A stretch of 64,000 nt of DNA from NCBI RefSeq assembly GCF_963921235.1, contig NC_086097.1, positions 213,902,001-213,966,000 on the forward strand, read 5' to 3'. The stretch comes from Mobula hypostoma. Taxonomy: Eukaryota. The position numbers were made by a program, and so were the translations under genes. A model generated the notes under the pieces. The model saw only the letters and a program-made list of their open reading frames with translations. It was not told the DNA's origin and made no database searches. Below are positions 1 to 12,340 of this stretch, piece by piece (position 1 is the first letter of the stretch; every line of letters starts with the position of its first letter).

Positions 1-513
1 TACAGGAAGGATATAAATAAGGTTGAAAGAGTTCAGAGAAGGTTTACAAGGATGTTGCCAGGACTTGAGAAACTCAGTTACAGAGAAAGGTTGAATAGGT
101 TAGGACTTTATTCCCTGGAGTGTAGAAGAATGAAGGGAGATTTGATACAGGTATATAAAATTATGATGGGTATAGATAGAGTGAATGCAAGCAGGCTTTT
201 TCCACTGAGGCAAGGGGAGAAAAAAACCAGAGGACATGGGTTAAGGGTGAGGGGGGGAAAGTTTAAAGGGAACATTAGCGGGGGGCTTCTTCACACAGAG
301 AGTGGTGGGAGTATGGAACGAGATGCCAGACGAGGTGGTAAATGCGGGTTCTTTTTTAACATTTAAGAATAAATTGGACAGATACATGGATGGGAGGTGT
401 ATGGAGGGATATGGTCTGTTTGCAGGTCAGTGGGACTAGGCAGAAAATGGTTCGGCACGGCCAAGAAGGGCCAAAAGGCCTGTTTCTGTGCTGTAGTTTT
501 TCTGTGGTTTCTA
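1..513 (+). mobile_element. CR1-clade LINE, 3' end of a young copy, truncated by the window start
   Basis: ORF2 C-terminus (RMLPGLEKLSYRERLNRLGLYSLE..RGDLI.VYKI..RGH), 3' UTR and ggtttctat tail; near-identical to the inverted copy at 7985-8500. Confidence 0.92.
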
Positions 514-599
514 TAAGTATTAGCAACACTGATTATGTTGGGATGAGATTCAATTAGGCACATTCAAACTCCAGTACATAGAGTCATTAAGTCATAGGA

Positions 600-1230
600 T
601 CGTTCAGCATAGAAACATACTCATCAGACTACTGTCTCTGTGCCAGCCATCAAATACTTTTCTGTGCTAACCCTGTTGCTCAACACCCAGCCCATTGCCT
701 TCTCTGCAGTGCAACAAGTGTTTATCTAAATATGGCTTGACTTCCAGCCACCACTTCAGGTACTGGCTTCTAAGTTTCAAATGACCTGCGTGTGAAGAAA
801 TCTTTGTCAGATCCCTTATCTCTTAGTTAAACCCATGCCCTCTGGTCATAAGCTCCTCAGCTAAGAGTTTTCCATTAGGTTTCTCACTATCTGGATCTAA
901 GTTTCTCAAAATTTTGTATATCACTGTCAGGTCGCCACTCAGCCTTTTCCACAGCCAAAGAAAAGAAAACCGGTCAAGTCTCTCCTTATAGCTGAAGTCC
1001 TCTGTCCCAGACATCCTGAATCCCATCCCATCCAGTGCAATCACATCCTTTCCATAACATGGTGACCTGAACCACACATAGTACTGCAGTGTTGGCCTAA
1101 CTATTGTTTAATGTAGTTGTGTCATAGCCTCTCTGCTTTTCAATCTATGCCCCAGCTAATGAAGATAAGCATACTGTATGCATGCTTTCTTAATCATCTT
1201 ATTTATTTGTGCTTCTTCAGAGACAGAGAC
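600..1230 (-). mobile_element. Degraded CR1 LINE 3' fragment
   Basis: ORF 823-1077: SPCYGKDVIALD..FSYKERLDR..GDLTVIYKI..TRGH. Confidence 0.75.
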
Positions 1231-1284
1231 ATCAAAATCCCTTTGTTCCTGTGTATTCTATATAATGCTAACAGTTATTGTTAT

Positions 1285-1843
1285 GACATGTCTATCCACG
1301 GCCTCCTCTACTGTAAAGATGAAGCCACACTCAGGTTGGAGGAACAACACCTTATATTCCGTCTGGGTAGCCTCCAACCTGAGGGCATGAACATCGACTT
1401 CTCTAACTTCCGCTAATGCCCCACCTCCCCCTCGTACCCCATCTGTTACTTATTTTTATACACACATTCTTTCTCTCACTCTCCTTTTTCTCCCTCTGTC
1501 CCTCTGAATATACCCCTTGCCCATCCTCTGGGTACCCCCCCCCGTCTTTCTTCCCGGACCTCCTGTCCCATGATCCTCTCGTATCCCCTTTTGCCTATCA
1601 CCTGTCCAGCTCTCGGCTCTATCCCTCCCCCTCTTGTCTTCTCCTATCATTTTGCATCTCCCACTCCCCCTCCAACTTTCAAATCCCTTACTCACTCTTC
1701 CTTCAGTTAGTCCTGACGAAGGGTCTCAGCCTGAAACGTCGACTGCGCCTCTTCCTATAGATGCTGCTTGGCCTGCTGCGTTCACCAGCAACTTTGATGT
1801 ATTTTGCTTGAATTTCCAGCATCTGCAGAATTCCTGTTGTTTG
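1285..1843 (+). mobile_element. Penelope-like element 3' fragment (end of GIY-YIG ORF plus terminal repeat with hammerhead motif)
   Basis: DMSIHGLLYCKDEATLRLEEQHLIFRLGSLQPEGMNIDFSNFR*; 12-bp direct repeat agttattgttat at 1273-1284 and 1844-1855. Confidence 0.9.
1709..1744 (+). ncRNA. Minimal type I hammerhead ribozyme motif (PLE-associated)
   Basis: AGTC-CTGACGA-AGG gtctcag CCT-GAAA-CGTC-GACT: core CUGANGA/GAAA, helix I AGUC/GACU, palindromic ACGU helix III, predicted cleavage after GUC (1740). Confidence 0.85.
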
Positions 1844-1879
1844 AGTTATTGTTATATCCTAGCCTTATTAACACCATAA

Positions 1880-2510
1880 ACACAGGAGATTCTGCAGACA
1901 ATGAAATAGCAGACAAACTGAATAAGTATTTTGCATCTGTCTTTGCCCATGAGGCTGATTAACAAGTTGCGAGCCCATGGTGTTACAGGAAAGATACTAT
2001 CACGGATAGAGCATTGTCTGATTGGTGGGAGCAAAGAGTGGGAATAAAGGAATGTGTTTGGGATTGGCTGTCTGTGACTAGTGGTGTTCCACGGGGGTCT
2101 GTGTTGGGACTGCTTCTTTTTATGTTGCATGTCAACAACTTGGATGATAAATTGATGGCTTTGTGGCCAAGTTTGCGGACAATACTAAGATAGGTGGAGG
2201 GGCAGGTAGTGTTGAGGAAGAAGAGACGCCGCAGAAGGACTGAGACAGATTAGGAGAATGGGCAAAGAGGTGGCAGATGGAATATAGTATCGAGGAGTAT
2301 ATGGTCATGCACTTTGGCAGAAGGAATAAAAGCATACACTATTTTCTAAACAGGGAGAAAATTCAGAAATCCGATGTGCAAAGAGACTTCGGAATCCTTG
2401 TGCAGGATTCCCTAAAGGTTAACTTGCAGGTTGGATTGGTGGTGAGGAAGGTGAATGCAATGTTAGCATTCATTTCAAGGGGACTAGCAGATAAAAGTAA
2501 GGATGTAATG
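1880..2510 (+). mobile_element. CR1 LINE RT fragment (degraded)
   Basis: Encodes SGVP.GSVLG, AKFADNTK and WAKRWQMEY motifs. Confidence 0.85.
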
Positions 2511-2511
2511 C

Positions 2512-4045
2512 TACTTGCCTCTTCACCTATTTTCGTATTGTCTGCAAACTTTGCAACAAAGCTATCAATTCCATCATCCAAATCATAGACATATAACATA
2601 AAAAGAATCGGTCCCAACACAGACCCCTGTGGAACACCGCCAGTCGCTGGCAGCCAACCAGAAAAGGCTCCCTTTATTCCCACTCTTTGCCTCCTGCCAA
2701 TCAGCCACTCCTTTATCCATGCTAGTATCTTTCCTGTAATACCATGGGCTCTTAATTTGCTAAGCAGCTCCATGTGTGGCACCTTATCAAAGGCCTTCTG
2801 AACATCCAAGTACACAGCATCAACCTATTCTCCTTTGTCTATCCTACTTGTAATTTCTTTCAATAATTCCAACAGATTTGTCAGGCAAGACTTTCACTTG
2901 AAGAAACCATGCTGACTATGGTCTCCCAGTCCCCCAACCACATTCTTAACAATCGACTTCAACATCTCCAACTGAGGTCAGACTAACTGGCCTATAATTT
3001 CCTTTCTTCTGCCTCTCTCCATTCTTGAAGAGTGGAGTGATGTTTGCAATTTTCCAGTATTCCAGAAATATTTCAGAATCTAGTGATTCTAGAAAGATCA
3101 TTACTAATACCATCACAATCTTTTCAGCTACCTGTTTCAGAACCCTGGAGTGTACACCATCTAGTCCAGGTGACTTAATCTACCTTCAGACCTTTTAGTT
3201 TCCCAAGAACCTTCTCTTTAGTAATGGTAACTTCACACACTTTATTACTGGACTGGTCAAAGAACACTGAGGCTGTCTACAAGAAGGGTCATAGCCGTCT
3301 CTATTTCCTGAGGAGACTGAGGTCCTTTAACATCTGCCGGACGATGCTGAGGATGTTCTATGAGTCTGTGGTGGCCAGTGCTATCATGTTTGCTGTTGTG
3401 TGCTGGGGCAGCAGGCTGAGGGTAGCAGACACCAACAGAATCAACAAACTCATTCGTAAGGCCAGTGATGTTGTGGGGATGGAACTGGACTCTCTGACGG
3501 TGGTGTCTGAAAAGAGGATGCTGTCTAAGTTGCATGCCATCTTGGTCAATGTCTCCCATCCACTACATAATGTACTGGGTGGGCACAGGAGTACATTCAG
3601 CCAGAGACTCATTCCACCGAGATGCAGCACTGAGCATCGTAGGAAGTCATTCCTGCCTGTGGCCATCAAACTTCACAATTCCTCCCTTGGAGGGTCAGAC
3701 ACCCTGAGCCAATGGGCTGGTCCTGGACTTTTTCATAATTTACTGGCATAATTTACATATTACTATTTAACTATTTATGGTTCTATTACTATTTATTATT
3801 TATGGTGCAACTGTAATGAAAACCAATTTTCCCCAGGATCAATAAAGTATGACTATGACTATGACTATGATCCACCATACTTCTAGTGTTTTCCACAGTG
3901 AAGACTGATGCAACATACTTATTCAGTTTGTCCATCACTACCTCTCCAGCATCATTTTCCAGTGGTCTGATATCTACTCTCGCCTCTCTTTTATACTTCA
4001 TGTATTTGAAGAAACTTTTGGTATCCTCATGTTTACCTTTTGCAA
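2512..4045 (-). mobile_element. CR1 LINE ORF2 fragment interrupted by a Rex/Babar LINE at ~3248-3870
   Basis: YLDVQKAFDKVPH..GVPQGSVLGP..KFADNTK (2363-2815) and KSFFKYMKYK (3789-4052). Confidence 0.85.
3248..3870 (+). mobile_element. Rex1/Babar LINE 3' fragment (young)
   Basis: LDWSKNTEAVYKKG.SRLYFLRRLRSF..RKSFLPVAIKL; aataaag followed by a (tatgac)n tail. Confidence 0.88.
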
Positions 4046-4414
4046 GAGTCACTGGACAGGTACAACTGTATTTCTATGTTATGTTGACTGTCCTGTTGTA
4101 CTTACTATTTATTATAAATTACTATAAATTGCACATTGCACATTTAAACAGAGACGTAACGTAAAGATTTTTACTCCTCATGTACATGAAGGATGTAAGT
4201 AATAAAGTCAACTCAAGTCAATTGGAGGTAGCAGAAACATAATTAATCCTACCTTTTGCTGTCTGTGGTACATTTCCATAATACATCAGGTGTGCACCAG
4301 TGGAAAAATAGAATCAAATTATCCTTTGAATTCTTAATAGCTTGCAAACCCCAGCTCCATATTGCAGAATTATTAAAGCCAACTCCTTGCCAATTTGGAC
4401 AAGCTTGGCTGCAT

Positions 4415-4635
4415 TATTATTTTTATTTTATTGAGATTTAGCACAGAACAGGCCTTTCCAGCCCTTCGAGCCACGCCACTCAACAGTGCCTGATTTAACC
4501 CTAGCTTAATCACAGGACAGTTTACAATGACCAATTAACCCACCAACCGGTATGTCTTTGGACTGCGGGAGGAAACCGGAGCACCAAGGGAGAACATACA
4601 AACTCCTTACAGGCAGTGGGCAGGAATTTATCTCA
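4415..4635 (-). mobile_element. V-domain tRNA-derived SINE (HE1-like), partial
   Basis: Reverse complement of the V core ggtgctccggtttcctcccgcagtccaaagac..ggttaattggtcattgtaaa; A-rich tail. Confidence 0.7.
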
Positions 4636-6959
4636 GTAAACTAAGAAAGAGAGAAATTCTAAAGTTCAACGTTTCATTTATTATCAAAGTATACAACTTG
4701 AAATGATTTCTTCTCTGACCACCTTTTGGTGAAAACATTGCAAGCACTACTGAAAACTACCTGCAGGAACGTTAAGGGCAAGAAACATTGGCATAACTAA
4801 GAAGCTCCCATGGTTGAATAATTAACTGATGTGTAGTGTCCATGATCACACATTAATAAAGGCTGTTCGACTGAGACGCTGGAAGACTGACAACATTTGT
4901 AGAACTGTGCCCCAGCATGAATAATTTGCTTCGATGGAGAACTTGTAAAAGAAGAAAGCAGGGGATAAGGGAACGGCTTTCCTAAGTTACGTGAACCTCA
5001 TAATATATCTTAAGGGCTCAGTTTAGCTGTAGTAGCGTGGGTGTTGTCAGATATATCTGCATGGCTCTAGCCTATCCTATAACAACAAAGTGAAAATAAA
5101 TTAACTGACTTGTCAAAAAGCTTTTTGTTACCAATCAATCAAGTGCTGAGAAACCCGGATGGATGAAACCATTTTACATTGTTTGGGATTAATAGTTGGC
5201 AGATAGTGAATAGGTTCTGACTGCACAGCTGCAAGTGTGATGGTCATTTTGAATATTGTTGGCTCTGCATGGCATTGATATGTAAATTGCTTGATAGTGT
5301 GGTTTTCTATGGGTGAATGTGGTGTGCAAAGATTAACCCTTGGAGAAATGCAGGGGAATTTGTCCACGAAATGGAAAATAGAAAACAGGAGGTAAAATAC
5401 CAGACAGTCAGAAACCTGATTAAAACTCCAGTCTTGAAGCACAAAACTGAAATGTAGAAAATCATTCACCTCTATTGGTTATCATTTTTCTTCACAGGGA
5501 AACAAAGATTGAATGACAAACCATGCTCTGATGTTAATATTTTACACATAAAAAGTTCGACTTTAATCCTAATTGCCTGACAGGAGCAGGGTGGTGAGAC
5601 CAAGGCTACTTTGGAGGATGATCATTTCCCTTTTCAATAAAGATGCTTTTGTAAATCAAAGTATCTGCAGATGCCTTTGTGCCCATCTTAGTTTTTAACT
5701 CCCAGGTCTCATTAATATTTAAATTTCAAGGTTCAGCGATGCCATCAGACCTGCTGGTTGGCAGCTTTGATGTCTGGTGCCAAGGCCAGAATGAAAGCTG
5801 GCAGAAGGCATGATCAGGAATACTCCACCTGGCCTCAATAGAAAAAAACTAGGCCCTACCTCCCGACTGAAACCTTCCCTCAAGTGCTGGTTGCTACTCC
5901 ATCCACGGCTAGGATCTCCTACAGCTGGTAATATATTAGCTTGATCGCCTTGTTTGTGGTGTTAATGATTTTGCTTTATTTACCTTTGAGTTGTTGACTG
6001 ATTAAATTGACTGTGATTTTACGAAACCTGCAAATTAGTCTGGAATTAATGACTCAAATGTAATGCTTATTGGCTGAGTATGCACTTGTCAGGGGAGCAC
6101 CAAGAAATCAGGAAGTCAGGAAAATGCAGCATTTAGTATTTTCATACAAGATAAGTTGGCCCTTTCATCTGAAGGTTGTATTAACCTACAAAATAAATTT
6201 TATTAGGCTATCTTTTGGGAGACATGTATGTTTTTCATCTGCTCACATCACAGCGTCCAAGCAGTGCAGTATGCTTTCAGAGAAACAAGTATGAAATATG
6301 CTGTTTAAGTGGCAGTTTTCCTGGTTCAGAATTGGTAAAGTATGAATCCAAACCTCTGTTTATAAAAACCTCAGTAAGCAGACTATTGACCTGTTCCAAA
6401 TACCACGCTGAATTCCAGCAGGGCAATTACGTTGGTTGGGAGATGAGTAGCGGCCCTCCCCCATCAACATATCTAGCTGGATTGCCTGGTTGAGAGTTAT
6501 GAGTCAGGCTAATGAGCTGACCACATAAAAAAAAGGCCTTTGTTATGGAAACGACCTAGAGCACGATCTGCTGGATGTGGAAGGAATTGGTTGCCTCATG
6601 TGCCACCAGGCGAAGAGCAGAGTCACACAAATGTAAAAGGCTATTAAAGGGAAACTAATCTTTGTCAGGTATGTATGTGCATGTTTAGCTGCAGTTCTCT
6701 GTTGCTTTGTTGTGTGATACAATCAGTGACCTTAGAATTGCTTCCATGAATCTGTGAGCATCAATTGAAATAGAACAGATGTACTCAGACTGAAATGGGC
6801 TCAAGTGTTGAGAGAACCATGCTCCTTTTGTTTTTTTTAATTTACCCCAGAATGTTCAATCACATCTGTGTGAATAGAACAGGGATTAAAACAGGAAGGG
6901 ATAGTTATTTTCTCTCTCCTGCTTCTCAAGGTAGACTGTGAGAGAAACTGGAATATCAT

Positions 6960-7212
6960 GAATGACTAGCGACTAGCATGACGCCATTACAGAATTGGAG
7001 CTTGGAGTACAATTCCAACACTGTCTGTAAGGAATTTGTACATCCACCCTGTGAATGTTGCGTTTCCTCCCACATTCCAAAGTCAAACTGGTTAGTAGGT
7101 TAATTGGACATTGTAAACTGTCCTGTGAATAGGGTAGGTCGCTGAGCGGTGTGGCTCGTAGAGCCGGTAGGGCCTGTTCAGCACAGTATCTCTAAATCAA
7201 TCAATAAATAAA
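6960..7212 (+). mobile_element. V-domain tRNA-derived SINE (HE1-like)
   Basis: gtttcctcccacattccaaag..ggttaattggacattgtaaactgtcc core, aataaa tail; homologous to the copies at 4415 and 19025. Confidence 0.7.
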
Positions 7213-7984
7213 ATGACTTGGTGCTGATTTTGGCACTGGTTGCATTCAGATTTCTGCTGAGGTCATGGGTTCGCAACCTCATTTCATTTTTTTCTACCTT
7301 CAGCAGTTCTGTTTTTAATACCTGAAGTCATGTTATTCCAGAGATCTGTCGATCCTGTGTCAACTGAGTATATTCGAGCCCATCCTGAAAATCCTTTTAG
7401 ACTGCAGAGAAATCAAGGATTATGAAAAATGGGCAGGTTAATGGGTCTGAGGCCAGTGTAACGATCAGTAATGGTCATATAATGATGCAGATTCGAGGCA
7501 CTGTGTAAGCTACTTCTGTCCGTAGCTTTTAAGTTACTAAGTGTACTGTATATATTTGGAAGATTGTAAACTATTTTGCATGATTTTTTCATATGGATTT
7601 TCAGCAATGGCTAATTTAAAGGATAATGATGAATGGCTAATTTACTGCTGCCTAGTAGACTACAAGTTTTGTGCCAGGTCTGAGGTCCTGATTTTAAATT
7701 TCCTTAATCATCAAAGGCTAATTTGTTGTTAAGATTCTGTATAGTTAAACTTATGAATAACACTGTTGGAGATGAAACTCCCTAAGCAGTCAATAGAGAT
7801 TGAGAATAACTTACTTCTCCTCCAAGTCTGTGGGCTCTAAGTGACCATGACTGACTTCCACAAGTGGGATAGCTGATGCCCGACTTGAGTACTTTGTGAG
7901 ATGATATGTGCTTTCCATTGTTAATGGAGGTTTCTGTGTCCTACTAGTGTATGGACTTGAAGTTCTCAATGCCATCCCAAAAGA

Positions 7985-9060
7985 TACCATAGAAACCATA
8001 GAAACCATAGAAACTACAGCACAGAAACAGGCCTTTTGGCCCTTCTTGGCTGTGCCGAACCATTTTCTGCCTTGTCCCACTGACCTGCATACGGACCATA
8101 TCCCTCCATACACCTCCTATCCATGTATCTGTCCAATTTATTCTTAAATGTTAAAAAAGAACCTGCATTTACCACCTCGTCTGGCAGCTCGTTCCATACT
8201 CCCACCACTTTCTGTGTGAAGAAGCCCCCCCTAATGTTCCCTTTAAACTTTTCCCCCCTCACCCTTAACCCATGTCCTCTGGTTTTTTTCTCCCCTTGCC
8301 TCAGTGGAAAAAGCCTGCTTGCATTCACTCTATCTATACCCATCATAATTTTATATACCTCTATCAAATCTCCCCTCATTCTTCTACGCTCCAGGGAATA
8401 AAGTCCTAACCTATTCAACCTTTCTCTGTAACTGAGTTTCTCAAGTCCCGGCAACATCCTTGTAAACCTTCTTTGCACTCTTTCAACCTTATTTATATCC
8501 TTCCTGTAATTTGGTGACCAAAACTGAACACAATACTCCAGATTCGGCCTCACCAATGCCTTATACAACCTCATCATAACATTCCAGCTCTTATACTCAA
8601 TACTTTGATTAATAAAGGCCAATGTACCAAAAGCTCTCTTTACGACCCTATCTACTTGTGACGCCACTTTTAGGAAATTTTGTATCTGTATTCCCAGGTA
8701 CCTCTGATCTACTGCACTCCTCAGTGCCTTACCATTAAACCCTGTATGTTCTACCTTGGTTTGTCCTTCCAACATGCAATACCTCACACTTGTCTGTATT
8801 AAACTCCATCTGCCATTTTTCAGCCCATTTTTCCAGCTGGTCCAAGTCCCTCTGCAGGCTATGAAAACCTTCCTCACTGTCTACTACACCTCCAATCTTT
8901 GTATCATCAGCAAACTTGCTGATCCAATTTACCACATTATCATCCAGATCATTGATATAGATGACAAATAACAATGGACCCAGCACTGATCCCTGTGGCA
9001 CACCACTAGTCACAGGCCTCCACTCAGAGAAGCAATTCTCTACCACCACTCTTTGGCTTC
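7985..9060 (-). mobile_element. CR1 LINE 3' ~1.1 kb, young, with 9-bp (atggtttct)n tail
   Basis: SGVPQGSVLGPLLF..SKFADDTK, then LYKALVRPNLEYCVQFWSP; frameshifted between the two ORFs. Confidence 0.93.
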
Positions 9061-9179
9061 TTCCATACTTCTCTACTTTGAGCAGTGATGGGCCAGAGGT
9101 ATCCAGGACTCTATTGCAACACTGGATTTGTTCTAGAAGCTCTGAACACATTGTTGAATCTTTTCCTCACTCTACTTGG

Positions 9180-9830
9180 TCATTCCCTTCCATGACAGAA
9201 CTTAAGAATTGGGAATCTGGTGTTGGGCATGCAGGTGATGTAGCCTGAGCAACTTAGCCACCGAGCGTAACTTGAGTCTCAATGCTAGTGATGCTGGTGT
9301 GAAAAAGGGCATTCAAGTCGATTTACTTGTCCTTGCATTGAATCTGGAGTATTTTGCAAGGGCAATGTTGGTGGAATCTTCCCAGAGCCTTGACATGACT
9401 CGGTAGGTACTCCAGGTTTCAGAAGCAGGTACAGTGCAGAAATCACTGCAGCCCAGTACACAATGCGTTTTGTGTCAGATTTGAGATCTTGATTTTTAAA
9501 TTTACTTCATTATCAAAACCTTTGCGAGTGATTGAAGATGATGGCCAGTTTCATCATTATTGTCTGCCTTTGCCAGGAGGTGGCTCCTGAGAGAAGAAAA
9601 TTGTTTCCAATGTCCAGGGCCTTGCTATGAAGCATTGTGGATTGAGGGTAATATTGTACAGCAGGGGCAGGTTGGTAGAGAATGTTTGTCTTGCAGATGT
9701 TCAGCATGAAGCCTATCCCTGCATATGCTTCACAGAATGAATCGTTGAAGGACTGAGGCTTGCTTTCCCAGAGTGCAGAGAAACAACGCTGTCTGCATAC
9801 TGCAGTTTGATAGTAGATCTTGGATGTTAT
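9180..9830 (-). mobile_element. Old RTE-clade LINE fragment
   Basis: LQYAD followed by MLNICKTNILYQPAP, RTE-type RT C-terminal motifs, degraded. Confidence 0.6.
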
Positions 9831-9938
9831 TGATTCTGGATTATCGTCTCCACGTTGTGCACCACTGAAGTAAGCAAGGTTAGCAAAAGTGTAAGTTCAG
9901 TGACAGATTTACTTGACACCAATCCTTAATATATTTAA

Positions 9939-10035
9939 GCAACATACATCAAAGTTGCTGGTGAACGCAGCAGGCCAAGCAGCAGCTATAGGAAGAGGTG
10001 CAGTCGACGTTTCAGGCCGAGACCCTTCGTCAGGA
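9939..10035 (-). mobile_element. ~97-bp PLE mini-insertion containing a hammerhead motif (10002-10037)
   Basis: Intact core AGTC CTGACGA AGG..CCT GAAA CGTC GACT on the minus strand; 14-bp direct repeat cttaatatatttaa at 9925-9938 and 10036-10049. Confidence 0.88.
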
Positions 10036-10615
10036 CTTAATATATTTAATTCTGTTGCAGACCCACTTGTTAGGATCATGACTTGGATGTGGTCATGAAG
10101 CAAAAAGAAGATTGAGATGAATTTTCCATGGGAGTCTGAATGTATGGTGAGTACCAAACAATACCATCTAGTTGAGAAGATGCATTTTTCCTGAAGGTGT
10201 AATCTGAGGAAAATGGATCCATGGTTTCTCTATGAAAGAATCTACGCTACAATGTGAGGAGCAGCTCCCACCATGATTGTTTTTACTTAGCTCCCATATA
10301 TTGCTGTCAATTCAGCATCCACCCATCTAACATGGACATTTAAGGGTAGATATTTATAAGATAGTCAAGAGTGATCTAGAGGTGATCATTTCATAAATCT
10401 TTCAAGATCTTCATCTGCAATCCTGGAATGCTAAATACAGATTTGGTATACTCAATACCAACCACATGTGAATTCTGAAATTTTCACATATAGGAACAGA
10501 ATATTCTTCTGTGGCCTTATGCATGATGGTTGTGATATGGTAATACATTCGCTGAAGCCAATTCCAAAATTCAGTTGTATTGACTACAAAACTGAATTTC
10601 ACCTGCAAACTTCAA

Positions 10616-11036
10616 TGAATCAACAAACTCATTCTTAAGGCCAGTGATGTTGTGGGGATGGAACTGGACTCTCTCACGGTGGTGTCTGAAAAGAGGATGC
10701 TGTCCAAGTTGCATGCCATCTTGGACAATGTCTCCCATCCACTACATAATGTACTGTTTGGGCACAGGAGTACATTCAGCCAGAGACTCATTCCACCAAG
10801 ATGCAACACAGAGCGTCATAGGAAGTCATTCCTGCCTGTGGCTATCAAACTTTACAACTCCTCCCTTGGAGGGTCAGACACCCTGAGCCAATAGGCTGGT
10901 CCTGGACTTATTTCCTGGCATAATTTACATATTACTATTTAACTATTTATGGTTTTATTACTATTTATTATTTATGGTACAACTGTAACGAAAACCAATT
11001 TCCCCCGGGATCAATAAAGTATGACCATGACTATGA
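10616..11036 (+). mobile_element. Rex1/Babar LINE 3' fragment
   Basis: Near-identical to 3248-3870, with the same tail. Confidence 0.88.
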
Positions 11037-11784
11037 TGCATGATAATGTGACCGAAGGGCATATTTAGTTGGTGCATCCTGCTATTAATTTCTACCCTTG
11101 AGCGTGGCCTTATAAAATTTTTGCTCAGTTGATCATAGTGGCCTTCGTTTCACTTTGATGTTTGTTCCTAGCCCATTAAAGTGCTGCAGCAGGCCCTTTG
11201 GAGTTATCACCTTTCCTGGCACGAGAACACCTGTTGTCTGTAGGGCAGGTGCCAACACTGGTAGGTCACTAAATTGTTTGGCGGAAAAATGGTTGCTATG
11301 TTTCCTGCACTATCACAAATACTAAATTTTATTTCTGGGTGCTTAGTGTTGAGGCCTATCTTGTAAGCATGGATAGTGTTAGATATATAAAAAAAGCTTT
11401 TTCTTCATTTACATTTATCTGGTTTAAATCTTGTAGGAATTTGGCTGCTTTTGCTTTATTGTCTCAAGATATTGTTATTAGGATTGTTAGCTTCCCATTT
11501 GAAAAATGTGAATATGGATTTTCTTTCCTTGTATCACCCACCTCTGTATTTAGTTACATAATAAATGTTTCATACTCAAAAAACAATATTTAAAGCAAAC
11601 CATGCATTGGCAATCAATGATGCAAAACCAAAAAAAATCAGATTTGGGTAAGATGATTCTACCGAGACCCATTTAGCGCTTTGCTATTGAAGATGACCAT
11701 TTTCAGCTATTGTTTACAAAATCATTGGTGGTGGGTTTGCTTTTTAAAGCTTCTCATGAAGGAAGACAAGGTTATGGTCCAATG

Positions 11785-12340
11785 TGATGGCATGAGTATT
11801 GATTTCTCTAACTTCCGTTAATGCCCCCCTCCCCTTCACACCACATCCCTTATTTGTTTATTTAATTTTTTTTATATATATTTTTTATTTTCCCCCCCTT
11901 TTTTTTCTCTCTCACTTTTTTCTCCCTCTGTCCCACTCACTATAACTCCTTGCCTGCTCTCCACCCTCCGGGCTTTCCTCCCCCCTTCTCTTTTTCCCCA
12001 GGTTTCCCGTCCCATGATCCTCTCCCTTTTGCCAATCAACTTTCCAGCCGTTAGATCCACCCCTCCTCCCCTCCTGTCTTCTCCTATCATTTCAGATCTC
12101 CCCCTCCCCCTCCCATTTTCAAATCTCTTACTATCTCTTCTTTCAGTTAGTCCTGACAAAGGGTCCCGGCCCGAAACGTCGACTGTACCTCTTCCTATAG
12201 ATGTTGCCTGGCCTGGTGCGTTCACCAGCATTTTTTGTGTACAGTCCTGAGGCAGGCTTTTGATCCAATACCACTGACAATTTCTTTCACTTCACAGATA
12301 CTGCTTGACCCATTGAGTTCATCCAGGTGCTTGTTGCTTG
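11785..12340 (+). mobile_element. PLE 3' terminal fragment(s); hammerhead motif 12149-12184 with mutated core (CTGACAA) and a second degenerate copy at ~12242
   Basis: DGMSIDFSNFR* ORF end, pyrimidine-rich spacer, conserved terminal repeat. Confidence 0.82.

Noticed and set aside
7304..7436. Possible exon after a good acceptor (tttttctaccttcag)
   Set aside because: Stops in the candidate frames, weak donor and unrecognised peptide.
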